A stretch of 64,000 bases of DNA from Octopus sinensis. Its lineage: Eukaryota. The notes under the pieces were generated by a model, which saw nothing but the letters and a program-made list of their open reading frames with translations, made no database searches and was not told the origin of the DNA. A program made the translations under genes and the position numbers. The stretch covers positions 12,214,001 to 12,278,000 of the forward strand of contig NC_043004.1 of the NCBI RefSeq assembly GCF_006345805.1. The letters are read 5' to 3'. Shown here one piece after another: positions 1 through 12,358 of the stretch (its first letter is position 1; the number at the start of each line of letters is the position of its first letter).

Positions 1-196
1 TATGTAGCATGATTGACTGCTAAATCCACAAGTGTTTTTATTTTTTTATTCTCTCTGTTTATTTCCTCGTGTTCCTTTCTGTTGACAAAAGTAGGCTCAA
101 AACATAAGAGTCTTTCTCACCTTCCCAAGCATCAGACTAATACATTAGCTTGTTGTTTATACACCTGTCTTTGTCTTTATTTTTCTGTAAATTTCC

Positions 197-229
<33 letters not shown>

Positions 230-439
230 ATGTATATTATGTAAATATGTATACATATATATGTATGTGGTGTGTATGTATGTATGTATGTATGTATGTA
301 TATATATAATATATACATATATGTGTGGTGTGTATATGTATATATATGTATATATATTTATATATATATATATATATCTGTCCAACCCATGCTAGCATGG
401 AAAACGGACGCTAAACGATGATGATGATGATGATGATGA

Positions 440-1049
440 TATACATATATATATATATATATTATATATATATATATATGTTTATGTATGTATATGTATG
501 TACATGTATGTATATATATATATATATATATACATATGTTGTAAAGAGTCCACTCTGCAAAGTGGTTGGCATTAGGAAAGACATCCAGTCATAAAAACTA
601 TGCTAAAACAGACAGTAGAGCTTAGTACAATCCTCTGGTTCAACAGTTCCTCTCAAACCATCAAACCCATTCCAGCATGGAAGACAGATTTTAAATGATA
701 ATGATGATTGACTGATAGAAAGACAGACAGACAGACAGATACAAATAAGCATGCCAGTGCAAAATAAGGTGGTAAAAATAGTAATTGAATACCAAAGGTA
801 GTGTAAAATGCAATTTTATTAACGCCGAAAAGAAACTTCGCACACTGTTACTCAAAGATTGAAATAACTTTAATAAATAGACATTTGTGCTAATACAGTG
901 TGGTAAAAAGAATATTTTAGCTTTCTGTGCACTATAAAATTAATAATTTTTTTTTTTTACTAGTCTTTATTAACAGAATTGTCCAATGAATTGTTACATG
1001 AAACTGTAAGTAACAGCTTAGGAAGTTATTTTAGTTTTAATGAAATAGC

Positions 1050-1080
<31 letters not shown>

Positions 1081-1377
1081 GAGGCGCAATGGCCTAGTGG
1101 TTAGGGCAGCGGTCGCAGGATCGCGGTTTCGATTCCCAGACCGGGCGTTGTGAGTGTTTATTGAGCGAAAACACCTAAAAGCTCCACGAGGTTCTGGCAG
1201 GCGGGGGGTGATCCCTGCTGTACTCTTTCACCACTGTTTCTCCCACTCTTTCTTCTGTTGGCCTGCTCGCTTAGCCAGCGGGGTGGCGTCATTCGAAGGC
1301 TAAAACAATGCGAACGCATTGTGACCAGCGATGTGTAACAACATCTGATGGTCTGGTTGGTCACGTGATCACATGAG

Positions 1378-1410
<33 letters not shown>

Positions 1411-2335
1411 ATATATGTTTATGTATGTATATGTATGTACATGTATGTATATATATATATATATATATACATATGTTGTAAAGAGTCCACTCTGCAAAGT
1501 GGTTGGCATTAGGAAAGACATCCAGTCATAAAAACTATGCTAAAACAGACAGTAGAGCTTAGTACAATCCTCTGGTTCAACAGTTCCTCTCAAACCATCA
1601 AACCCATTCCAGCATGGAAGACAGATTTTAAATGATAATGATGATTGACTGATAGAAAGACAGACAGACAGACAGATACAAATAAGCATGCCAGTGCAAA
1701 ATAAGGTGGTAAAAATAGTAATTGAATACCAAAGGTAGTGTAAAATGCAATTTTATTAACGCCGAAAAGAAACTTCGCACACTGTTACTCAAAGATTGAA
1801 ATAACTTTAATAAATAGACATTTGTGCTAATACAGTGTGGTAAAAAGAATATTTTAGCTTTCTGTGCACTATAAAATTAATAATTTTTTTTTTTTACTAG
1901 TCTTTATTAACAGAATTGTCCAATGAATTGTTACATGAAACTGTAAGTAACAGCTTAGGAAGTTATTTTAGTTTTAATGAAATAGCATATATATATATAT
2001 ATATGTGTGTGTGTGGAGGCGCAATGGCCTAGTGGTTAGGGCAGCGGTCGCAGGATCGCGGTTTCGATTCCCAGACCGGGCGTTGTGAGTGTTTATTGAG
2101 CGAAAACACCTAAAAGCTCCACGAGGTTCTGGCAGGCGGGGGGTGATCCCTGCTGTACTCTTTCACCACTGTTTCTCCCACTCTTTCTTCTGTTGGCCTG
2201 CTCGCTTAGCCAGCGGGGTGGCGTCATTCGAAGGCTAAAACAATGCGAACGCATTGTGACCAGCGATGTGTAACAACATCTGATGGTCTGGTTGGTCACG
2301 TGATCACATGAGATATATATATATATATATATATT
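440..2335. repeat. Tandem duplication, two near-identical ~936-bp units with junctions in (TA)n tracts
   Basis: 481-1379 recurs at 1418-2314 (offset 937, then 935 after a microsatellite). Identical ORFs at 1158-1364 and 2093-2299. Confidence 0.95.
1080..1377 (+). mobile_element. tRNA-derived SINE (head A + tail X); second copy 2015-2312
   Basis: A box TGGCCTAGTGG and B box GTTTCGATTCC; head shared with elements at 11461-11853 and 23700-24082. Confidence 0.85.
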
Positions 2336-3039
2336 TATACACTCACATACACAAACACATATTCATGCAACCCTCTTTCTTAATCTATGTCTCTCCTTTG
2401 TTTTATCAATAAATCTATCTGTATGTGTATGTATTTGTACATATGTGAGTAATGTATGCTTACACACATATGCACGCACACACACACACACATATATATA
2501 TATATGTATATATATGTACAGATGAATAGATAACTAGATATATATTTATTCATTCATACATACATGAAAATGACAGGTTTATCAGTGCAACAAGGGGAGC
2601 AGGAGATAAAGATGAACGAAGACAAGTTGTCGGGGCAAGCCACCCACACCACAATGAATGGAAGCTGAATATGTTGATGGATGGTGGTAGTGACGAAGAT
2701 GATGAGGACGATAACTATAATATGTATATCTATACACACACTCACACACAAACACACACACACTTCACATGTATATTCACACAAATACAATATATTTTCT
2801 TACATGCCAAGACAGATTTATAGAATCAACACGAATAAAATTTACATCATTGTGTTTGTTTGTTTCACTGCACATTCCAATTTGAGAAATTGGCTAATTG
2901 CCATCGTAATCTTCAGTTTTAAGAAGTAGATTGAGTTCCTTGTATTTTACTGACACAATTTTCTCATACACCCTTCTTTTCACAAGGCTGTGTACGAATA
3001 TTACACACACACATACACACACACACACACATATACATG

Positions 3040-3625
3040 CGTGGTTGTGTGGTAAGAAGGCGGCGAGCTGGCAGTAACGTTAGCACGCTAGGCGAAATGC
3101 TTAGCGGTATTTCGTCTACTGTTACGTTCTGAGTTCAAATTCAGCTGAGCTCGACTTTGACTTTCATCCTTTCGGGGTCGATAAATTAAGTACCAGTTAC
3201 GCACTGGAGTCGATGTAATCGACTTAATTCCTTTGTTTGTCCTTCTTTGTCCCCTCTGTGTTTGGCCCCTTGTGAGCAATAAAGAAATAAGAAGCTTACT
3301 TTCCAGCCTCATGGTTCCAGGTTCAGTCCCACTGCATGACACCTTGGAGAACTGCCTTCTACTATATCCTCAGGCTGACCAAAACCTTGTGAGTGGATTT
3401 GGTGGATGGAAACTGAATGAAGCCCATCGTATATATATATATATATAACAACTGATACTGGGGATTTTATGTCTTCTTAACTTAGCAGTTCAGTAAAAGA
3501 GACCAATACAGTAAGTATTAGGTAACAAAGAATAAGTCCTGGGATCGATTTCTTCAACTAAAACCATTTAATGTGGTGCTCCAGCATGGCACCAGTCAAA
3601 TGAGTGGGTAAAAGAGTAAAAGAAT
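3040..3625 (+). mobile_element. Bipartite tRNA-derived SINE (CORE-like 'accttgggcaagt' family) with a Nin/Deu-like SINE nested at ~3056-3290
   Basis: Host head split by an insert containing 'ctttcatcctttcggggtcgataaattaagtaccag'; TAAGAAG duplicated at 3053-3059 and 3288-3294. Confidence 0.8.
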
Positions 3626-4074
3626 GACAAAATATAACATTATAACAATGCATTTATCATCATCATCATCACCATCGTCATGACCAACATCATCATCATT
3701 TAATGTCCGCTTTCCATAGCGGCGGTTTTCCATGTTGGACGGTTTGACAGGAGATGGCAAGGCGAAGACCTCTATCAGACTCCACTGTCTGGTTTGGCGT
3801 GGTGTCTGTGTTTGACCGAGTATACTGGGTGCCTTTTTACATGGCACCGGCATTGGTGCTTTTTCATGCGACACCATTACTGGCACTGGGTCACCAAGTA
3901 ACTTGCGAGACAAATGATCCTCAACTGGGAGGGGGAGGGGGGAATCGTATTGAGAAGGATGGCTTGCTGGCATTTGATGAGAGATTAGAGGTATGAAGGA
4001 ACAGTGGTAGGTGTCTAGGGGTTTTACTGTGGGGTGGATAAAGGGACACCCCAGACGGAAGAGAAAGGGAAGTG

Positions 4075-4815
4075 AGTTGTGGGGTAAGAAGCAGGCTTCT
4101 CGACCACATGGTTCCAGGATCAGTCCCACTGTGTCGCTCCTTGGGCAGGTGTCTTCTACTGTAGCCTCAGGCTGATCAAAGCTTTGTGTGTGGATTTGGT
4201 AAATGGAAACTGAAAGAAGCCCATCACATATATATGTGTGTGTGTGTGTTACCATCATTGTTCGTTACCAGCATCGCCTTACTGGCACTTGTGCTGGTGA
4301 CACCTGGAAAAACATTCGAGCAAGGTCATTGCCAGTGCCGCTGGACTGACTCCTGTGCAGGTGGCATGTAAAAAGCACCATTTGAGCGCGGCCATTGGCA
4401 GTACCACCTGACTGGCCCTTGTACCAGTGGCACATAAAAGCACCCACTACACTCTCGGAGTGGTTGGCTGTAGAAATTCTACCAGATCAGATTGGAGCCT
4501 GGTGCAGCCATCTGGTTCGCCAGTCCTCAGTCAAATCGTCCAATCAATGCTAGCATGGAAAGCAGACGTTAAACGATGATGAGGATGATGATGATGATGA
4601 TGTGTATGTGTATGTGTTCGTCCCCCACAAATATTTCTTGAAAACTGACAGTGGTGTGTTTACAGCCCCATAACTTTGCAGTTCAGCAAAAGAGAGTAAT
4701 AGAATAAGTATTCAGTTTACAAGGAATAAGTCCTGGGGCTGGTTTGTTCGACTAAAAGATGGAGCCCCAGCATGGCCACAGTCAAATGACTAAAAACAAG
4801 TAAAAGAATAAAAGA
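4075..4815 (+). mobile_element. Bipartite SINE with an RTE-3'UTR-family piece (~4250-4600) in its central microsatellite
   Basis: Left module 4075-4225, right module ~4615-4815; between them a (GAT)n-tailed element. Confidence 0.7.
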
Positions 4816-5550
4816 ATATGTGTGAGTGTATTGGATGGATAGATATATGAGACAGAACTTTATGGCAGGATGCACTCCCTGTTGCCAACTCTTATATATG
4901 TGTGTGTGTGTGTGTGTGTGTATACATGTGTGTGCACACATGCACACACATAAACGTATTGTAGTATATACTATGAACTCTCATGCTTTACAGTAACAAA
5001 TAAAATTTCATTTGAAGTTTGTTTTTGTTTTTATTAATATTCATTTATTTGTTTAATAATATTGCTTATTCATTAAAAGAAAATTATGCACATTTAATTA
5101 GTAACCCTATTCTTTTCATTATGAATTTCTTAAAATAAATTGAATAAATATTTCATTAGAATAATTAATGGAATGAATCCTTCGCTATACATTTTCAGAA
5201 TATTGCGTCTCTGCAAAATTTGGACTGTGTGTTACTATCCAGTAGTCCCCACCCACTCCCAGCCCAACCCCTAGACTTTATATATACCCGGGTTTTCACC
5301 ACTCACCAAGCCCCACATACACATTTTTAAAATCATGCTTCCTTCGCAATACCCTGCCATTTATATTAAGGAATTCAAACCTCAAGGGTATGCCCTGGCA
5401 CTTGCCACCATCTCTCTCTCTCTCTTTTTTTACTCAACCATCCCATTTATATTCTGATCTGTGACCCTTGGGGGTGTGCCCAGCACTTTGCCACCATCTC
5501 TATCTTGCTGTCTCCCACTCTCCCTCTCTTTCTCTCTCTCTCTCTCTCTC

Positions 5551-5600
<50 letters not shown>

Positions 5601-6167
5601 GAACTTCCCTAAGGTTGGGTAACCACATATTTCCTTTGCGGCAGCTCACCTGTTCCTCTCTTCATTCCTGATCTCTCTCTCACTCTCTCTCTCTCTCTAT
5701 CTATCTATCTCTCTCTCCCTCCCTCTCTTTTTCCAGATAACCTTGTACCCTTTAGCATTTAATATGGCCAAATCCAGCCCAAATATTCTACCCGCTTTAA
5801 GTTAAAACTGGCCAGATCTGGCACCTCACACCTACCCCACAATGTCATTCTAAAAAGAAATAACCAAGTCATCAGAATCATGAAGCTACAACATAATTTA
5901 TAATTAATTCAAAATAACACAAATAAATGAGAATTATATTTAACAGTATATTTTGAATGCTAAAGATTCAGTCTAAATTAATCCATTAAACTTTCATATT
6001 AATTTACTGTACTTTCTTCCATATAAGTTGATAAGGTATATCGGGTATATAGGTATATACGACTTGTTTCGCATATATAGGGTATATTTCATGTAAATTT
6101 ACTCTATTTTCTAGCATATAAGTTGATAAGGGTATATAGCATGAATAAGTAGCATAAACATTCAGAG

Positions 6168-6563
6168 ACAGGAGTGGCTATGTGGTAAATAGCTTGCTTA
6201 CCAAGCACATGGTTCTGGGTTTAGTCCCACTGCATGGCACCTTGGGCAAGTGTCTTCTACTATAGCCTCGAGCCGACCAAAGCTTTGTGAATGGATTTGG
6301 TAGATGGAAACTGAAAGGAAGCCTGCCGTATATATGTATATATATATGTGTGTATGTGTGTGTGTGTTTGTTCCCCCCACCCCCAACATCGCTTGACATG
6401 TGATACTGGTGTGTTTATGTCCCTGTAAAAGTGACCGATAGAATAAGTACTAGGCTTACAAAAGAACAAATCCTGGGATCGATTTGCTCGACTAAAAGGT
6501 AGTGCTCCAGCATGGCCACAGTCAAATGACTGAAACAAGTAAAAGAATAAAAGAATAAAAGAA
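6168..6563 (+). mobile_element. Full-length bipartite tRNA-derived SINE. Other copies: 8925-9362(-), 12432-12850(+), 19445-19905(-), 23017-23423(-), 24671-25080(+), 35340-35705(-), 54718-55117(+), 55487-55895(+), 59998-60355(+)
   Basis: ggagtggct.tgtggtaa head, B-box-like ggtt.agtccc, 'gcaccttgggcaagtgtcttctactatagcc', internal (TA)n(TG)n, 3' end 'gtcaaatgactgaaacaagtaaaagaataaaagaat'; many dispersed copies. Confidence 0.9.
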
Positions 6564-7228
6564 TATCTCCAGTGTCCAAACCTTGCTACATTTCACATGG
6601 AATTCTTTGGTCGGAAAATTTGATTCATATGCAGAAAAATACTACATGTTCCTAAATAGCAACTTAATAAATAACAAAGCTGTTTTACTAAATTCTTCAT
6701 AATTTCCAAAATTAATTGAATTTGAAGCAGTATATTTCAAGGGAAACAAAAAAAAAATTAAACTTAAATCTAAATCAAAATCTCATTATTATTATGTGTA
6801 TGTCTTTGTGAAATATCAGACATCCAATACTACCGACATATACCAATATATGATAAATTACAGATGCTTATATTTTACTTCCAAAATCGATTTTACTGAA
6901 AAATTTATTCAAACTCATAGGCAGCCATCTTAATAGGAAATGTCGCTAGGAAATGGTTAACACCCACATTTTTAATTATTTATTTATCTATTCTTTTATT
7001 CTTTTACTTGTTTCAGTTGTTAGACTGCAGCCATGCTGGAGCACTGCCTTTAAGGGTTTTAGTCAAATAAATCAACCCCAGGACTTATTCTTTGTAAGCC
7101 TAGTACTTATTCTATTGGTCTCTTTGCCAAACTGCCGAGTTACAGGGACATAAGCATACCAGCATAGGTTGTCAAGCGATAGCAGGGAGACAAACACAGA
7201 CACACACACATAATTACATATATATACA

Positions 7229-7308
7229 CAGTAATTCCTCACCATATCACGGTTCACCTATTGCAGGGGTTTTGGAACATAATACCCATGATAGTCGAGG
7301 GACTACTC
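7229..7308. mobile_element. Small pogo/Tigger-like MITE remnant
   Basis: Imperfect terminal inverted repeats cagtaattcctc...gagggactact. Confidence 0.5.
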
Positions 7309-7316
7309 TGTGTGCA

Positions 7317-7350
<34 letters not shown>

Positions 7351-7915
7351 ATCATCATCATCATCATTTAGCGTCCGCTTTCCATGCTAGCATTGGTTGG
7401 ATGGTTCAACTGGGGTCTGTGAAGCTGGAAGGCTTCGTCAGGCCCAGTCAGATCTGGCAGTGTTTCTACGGCTGGATGCCCTTCCTAATGCCAACCACTC
7501 CGTGAGTGTAGTGGGTGCTTTTTACGTGCCACCACACACACACAACAGGCTTCTTCCAGTTTTGGTCTACCAAATCCACTCAAAGCTTTGATCAGTATGA
7601 TGCTATTATAGAAGACATTTGCCCAAGGTGCTATGCTGTGGGAATGAACCTGGAACCATGTGGTTGGAAAGCAAACTTCTTACCACACAACCATGCCTGC
7701 ATCTATGATCTGTTTGTTTATTTTATACTGCAATCGGTGAACACTGTTACCATTAGTTTTATATAGCAGAAACAACTGTAAGACATTGAAGTTCATTATA
7801 TAATATCTTGTTCCCTTGTCATTTATTTGATATTTAATTATACTCTAGACTTGAAACATCAAGAGCTAGATAACACACACACAAACATGCATGCATGTGC
7901 ACACTGTACATATAC

Positions 7916-8153
7916 TCCGAAAAGCTCTATCTGCGACGATTTCATCTCAATCGAAGGAGAGGGGCTTTCTCCGTCCGGGTTGCGGATCCGTGGAATAAGC
8001 TGCCGGACAAGATAGTGAAGATGCCGACGACCGCTCGGTTCAAAGTCTCTCTTGACCAGAAATGGCACGAACTCTTTGCATGAACACTACCCTGTACATA
8101 ACTCCATGTCCCCCTACATGGCCTTGCTTTTTGAGCCCAAAAATTAACTTAAC
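7916..8153 (+). mobile_element. 5'-truncated CR1-clade LINE (ORF2 C-terminus and 3'UTR)
   Basis: SEKLYLRRFHLNRRRGAFSVRVADPWNKLPDKIVKMPTTARFKVSLDQKW matches the CR1 'FFSxRVVxxWNxLP...FKxxLD' tail; short (TTAAC)n end. Confidence 0.85.
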
Positions 8154-9156
8154 TATATTAGCTCCAATGAAGCTATTGAATGTTATACAAGCACTCAAAT
8201 ATGAGTGCATTGCATCTTAGTGCAGAAACAGCTTTGACCCAATGATGTTCATTATATAATTTCTCATTCCCTTGTCATTATTTAATATTTAATTACACTC
8301 TAAGCTTAGAACACCAAGAGCTAGATCAAATATTTCAAAACACTTTGTCCACTGCTTTATTAATTCTCTCAATTTCTCCTACTCCATCTTGCTAAGGCAG
8401 TTTATCCGGTGTAGTTATATTTAAAGGCAGCCATCCTGACTTTAATCAATCTGTGATAAGATAAAGAATAAATACAACGTTGGGTTTATACAGAAGAAAT
8501 ATAAGAAAGGAATGGTTACTTATATATTTATTTATATTTATATAGATATTTATGTATATTTATTCTTTTGCTTTTATCATGCAATGAGGACCAGATCGGC
8601 ACTGTGAGATAATTACAATTACAACCCATAAAATGGGGCAGGACAAAATCATTAGCACGAGTGTGGCTGATGATAACCCTCCAACCCCCTCTCTCTCTCT
8701 ATCTCTCTCTCTTTCTTCCTCTCTTTCTGAGAAATGTACTGAATCCTGTTCATATCAGACTGGGACATAGATTTGTGTTTTAGATTCCAAATGTGCATAA
8801 ACCACACACAAACAAGTGATTTGCTGAAGGCTTGGCACAGACATGGATACAGACGTATGTTCTTCTATATACATACTCACACACACATACATATGTATAG
8901 AGAGAGAAAAATGGATCTTCTTTCATTTTGTTTCAGTCATGTGACTGTGGCCATGTTGGAGCACCACATTTACTCGAACAAATCGACCCCAGAACTTATT
9001 CTTTGTAAGCCTAGTACTTATTCTATCGGTCTCTTTTGCCGAACTGCTAAATTACGGGGACATAAACACACCAGCATCAGTTGTCAAGCGATGGTGATGT
9101 GGGGGGGGGCACAAACACAGACACATTAACATACACACACACATATATACATGCAT

Positions 9157-9201
<45 letters not shown>

Positions 9202-9779
9202 ACAGGCTTCTTTCAGTTTCCATCTACCAAATCCACTCACAAGGCTTTGGTCAGCGCCCGAGGCTACAGTAGGAGACACTTGTCCAAGGTGCCATGCAGT
9301 GGGATTGAACTTGGAACTATGTGGTTGTTAAGCAAGCTACTGAACCACACAACCACTCCTGCACTTATATGTTTATTTATATTTCATGGCTTTATATATT
9401 TGTTTTTTTATTCCTTTGATTTGCTATGTAAGGTCTTGATACATTTTGTCTCTCTTTTTTAATTGTTCCCCTCATCCAATGGGTCTAATCTGAGCATGCA
9501 CCTGTAGACTGAAGGAAGACAACAGAGAGAAAGCACTTGCCTTAGTGGGCAGGGTAACCATGATATTGTGGGGATTTTGGGGGATTTTTTCCTTCTTAGA
9601 ATTTATCCTTATTCCTCTTCCTACCACATATCATCTTGTACCATCCTTGGTCTTTTTTGTAAACCCTTAATGGCAACTATTGTTGTTATTATTATTATTA
9701 TTATTATTATAATTATCATTCACTTTGCAAGTGTGAGGTAGTGGAATCAGAACATGGATTCTCCAAGAAAGTTACTTTT

Positions 9780-10022
9780 AAGGCAGCGAGCTGGCAGCAT
9801 CATTAGCATGCTGGACAAAATGCTTTGCAGCATTTTGTTCACCTTGATGTTCTGAGTTCAAATTCCGCTGGGGTCGACTCTGCCTTTCCTCCTTTCAATG
9901 TCGATAAATTAAATACCAGTGAAACACTGGGGTCGCTGCAATCAACTAGTCCCCTTCTTCCAAAATTTCAAGCCTTGTGCCATTAGTAGAAAGGATTATT
10001 ATTATTATCGTTATTATTATTA

Positions 10023-10060
<38 letters not shown>
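9780..10060 (+). mobile_element. Nin/Deu-domain-like SINE with (ATT)n tail. Other copies: 12062-12285, 22525-22760, 37825-38032(-), 45075-45305(-), 47996-48225, 52108-52630
   Basis: aaggc.gcgagctggcag head, gagttcaaattcc B box, 'gtcgact.tgccttt..tccttt....gtcgataaattaa.taccag' core. Confidence 0.8.
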
Positions 10061-10062
<2 letters not shown>

Positions 10063-10311
10063 CATCAATAGTGCGGGTGGTACGTAAAAAGCACCCACTA
10101 CACTCACGGAGTGGTTGGCGTTAGGAAGGGCATCCAGCCGTAGAAACACTGCCAGATTTGACTGGGCCTGATGAAGCCTTCTGGCTTCACAGACCCCAGT
10201 AGAACCGTCCAACCCATGCTAGCATGGAAAACGGACGCTAAATGATGATGATGATGATGATGAGTACGTGGATGTATGTCTCATACTTTCTTTGCTTTTT
10301 TATCATTTCAG

Positions 10312-10408
10312 ATATCAGGGAGTACCCGAGTGAATCCAGCCCACAGCTTCATTATTTCCGTTACATGACCATAGATAAGAATTCACATAGTTTATTTGTT
10401 GGGGGAAT
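10312..10408 (+). CDS. Internal coding exon of a semaphorin-2-like gene (start of Sema domain)
   Basis: Pyrimidine tract and tttcag acceptor (AG 10310-10311), donor GTAAGT at 10409. Reads (x)IREYPSESSPQLHYFRYMTIDKNSHSLFVGG(M), resembling invertebrate Sema-2 'VREF..LYYRTF..DRDTLYVGAM' as recalled. 97 nt, phase 1 in, phase 2 out. Confidence 0.85.
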
Positions 10409-10454
10409 GTAAGTATTATCATTATTATAATTATTGTTGTTATTATTATTATTA

Positions 10455-10676
10455 TTGCCTTTGCACAGTTTCTAATGCTGGAGATGTACTACAGTGTAGC
10501 TGTTCACTACCAGTGAACTAAGGTAACACCTCTTATTTTTGGAACACCTTCCGGAGTATTCGGGCAGTTCCAAGCAATGCTGTTTTCTGCAAGTGCTCCA
10601 TACTTATTGCAGCCCCTATTTACTTCTCAAGATTTTTGCTCACTGTTCCCAGGGCTCTGACAATTGTTGGTACTAC
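10455..10676 (-). mobile_element. Dong/R4-clade non-LTR retrotransposon 3' fragment with (TAA)n tail
   Basis: Minus strand reads VVPTIVRALGTVSKNLEK*IGAAISMEHLQKTALLGTARILRKVF, the typical R4/Dong C-terminus, and ends in a TAA microsatellite. Confidence 0.85.
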
Positions 10677-10791
10677 TGCTACTTTTTTCATTGACCACAA
10701 CTGCTCCTCCTCCTCCTCATCCTCGTCATCATCATCATGTTAGACCACAACTGCTTATTATTATTATGATCAGCATCATTATTATTATTTT

Positions 10792-12002
10792 GGTAATGAA
10801 GGGCCTCTCATTCAGAGTGAAAGGCAGATTGTATGATGCCTGTGTACAAACAGCTATGCTACATGGTAGTGAAAGAGGGGCTGTGATTACTGAGAATATG
10901 CAAAGGCTTGAAAGAAATGAAGCCAGTATACTTCACTGGATGAGTAATGTCAGTGTGTATATATATATATATATACAACAGAGTGTACACAATCTGAGAG
11001 AAAAACTGGGTATACAAGACATCAGATGTTGCATGCAAGAGAGAAGACTGCACTTGTACAGTCATGTAATGCATATGAATGAAGACAGTTGCATCAGGAA
11101 TAAATGAAGACAGTTGCATTAAGAGGTACTGATCTTTAATTGTGGAGAGAACATCTGAAAGGGGTGTACCTAGGAAGAAGTGGGATGAAGTGGTGAAAAA
11201 GGATTTTCAGATTTTGGGCCTCACTGAGATGATGACAGGAGAGTAAGACTCTTGGTGGTTTACTGTTCTTGAGAAGACACATCAAGCTAAGTAAACACGG
11301 GGTTGTCTTTGCATACAGGCATGTCCCCTGCATCGCTTGTCAGCTGAGTGTCCTTAATCCTGCAGACTAATGAGTGTCGGTGCCACATAAAAAGCACCTG
11401 TGCAGGTGCCATGTAAAAGCACCAATGCCAGTGCTGTGTAAAAAGCACCCAGTACAATCTGATGGATGGAAGCACTCCGTCGGTCACGACGATGCGGTTT
11501 CCGGTCGATCCGATCAACGGAACAGCCTGCTCGTGAAATTAATGTGTAAGTGGCTGAGCACTCCACAGACATGTGTACCCTTAACGCAGTTCTCGGGGAT
11601 ATTCAGCGTGACACAGAGAGTGACAAGGCCGGCCCTTTGAAATACAGGTACAACAGAAACAGAAACAGGAAATAAGAGTGAGAGAAAGTTGTGGTGAAAG
11701 AGTACAGCAGGGATCACCACCATCCTTGCCGGAGCCTCGTGGAGCTTTAGGTGTTTTCGCTCAATAAACACTCACAACGCCCGGTCTGGGAATCGAAACC
11801 GCGATCCTACAACCGCGAGTCCGCTGCCCTAACCACTGGACCATTGCGCCTCCCCAGTACAATCTATAAATTGGTTGGCATTAGGAAGGGCATCCAGTCA
11901 TAGAAACCATGCCAAAACAGATATAAAGCCTGAACAGCTCTTAAGCTGGTCAGCTCCTGTCAAACTGTCTAACCCATGCCAGCATGGAAAATGGATGTTA
12001 AA
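10792..12002 (+). mobile_element. Decayed RTE-clade LINE 3' portion (RT C-terminal region and 3'UTR), interrupted by a SINE
   Basis: KGLSFRVKGRLYDACVQTAMLHGSE...LERNEASILHWM...LREKLGI...RRLHLYSHVMHMNEDSCI and later PRKKWDEVVKKD. Continues into the 'aaaagcaccc...aggaagggcatccag...aacccatgccagcatggaaa' UTR. Confidence 0.85.
11461..11853 (-). mobile_element. tRNA-derived SINE (head A + tail Y) with 12-bp TSD
   Basis: CCAGTACAATCT at 11449-11460 and 11854-11865; A/B boxes on minus strand; a near-identical copy at 23700-24082(+). Confidence 0.9.
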
Positions 12003-12321
12003 TTATTATTATTACTATTACTATTATTATTATGATTATTATTATTATTATTATTATTATTAAGGCAGCGAGCAGGCAGAATCATTAGCATGCCAGGCAA
12101 AATTCTTAGCTGCATTTCATCCGTCCTTACATTTTGGGTTCAAATTCTACTGAGGTCGACATTACCTTTCATTCTTTACATGGTCGATAAATCAATTACC
12201 AGTAAATCTTTGGGGGTCAATATAATCGACTAGTCCCTTCCCCCAAAATTTCAGGCCTTGTGCCTGTAGTAGAAAGGATCACTATTATAAAATAATAAAG
12301 AAATCATCACCATCATTATTA

Positions 12322-12358
<37 letters not shown>

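Noticed and set aside
1080-1150. tRNA gene calls here and at 23700, 26297, 27900-27980 and 53419
   Set aside because: A/B boxes are present but there is no complete cloverleaf or terminator; each runs into a SINE body.
3596-4258. 220-aa minus-strand ORF
   Set aside because: Spans a mosaic of SINE and RTE-UTR pieces; no recognisable domain.
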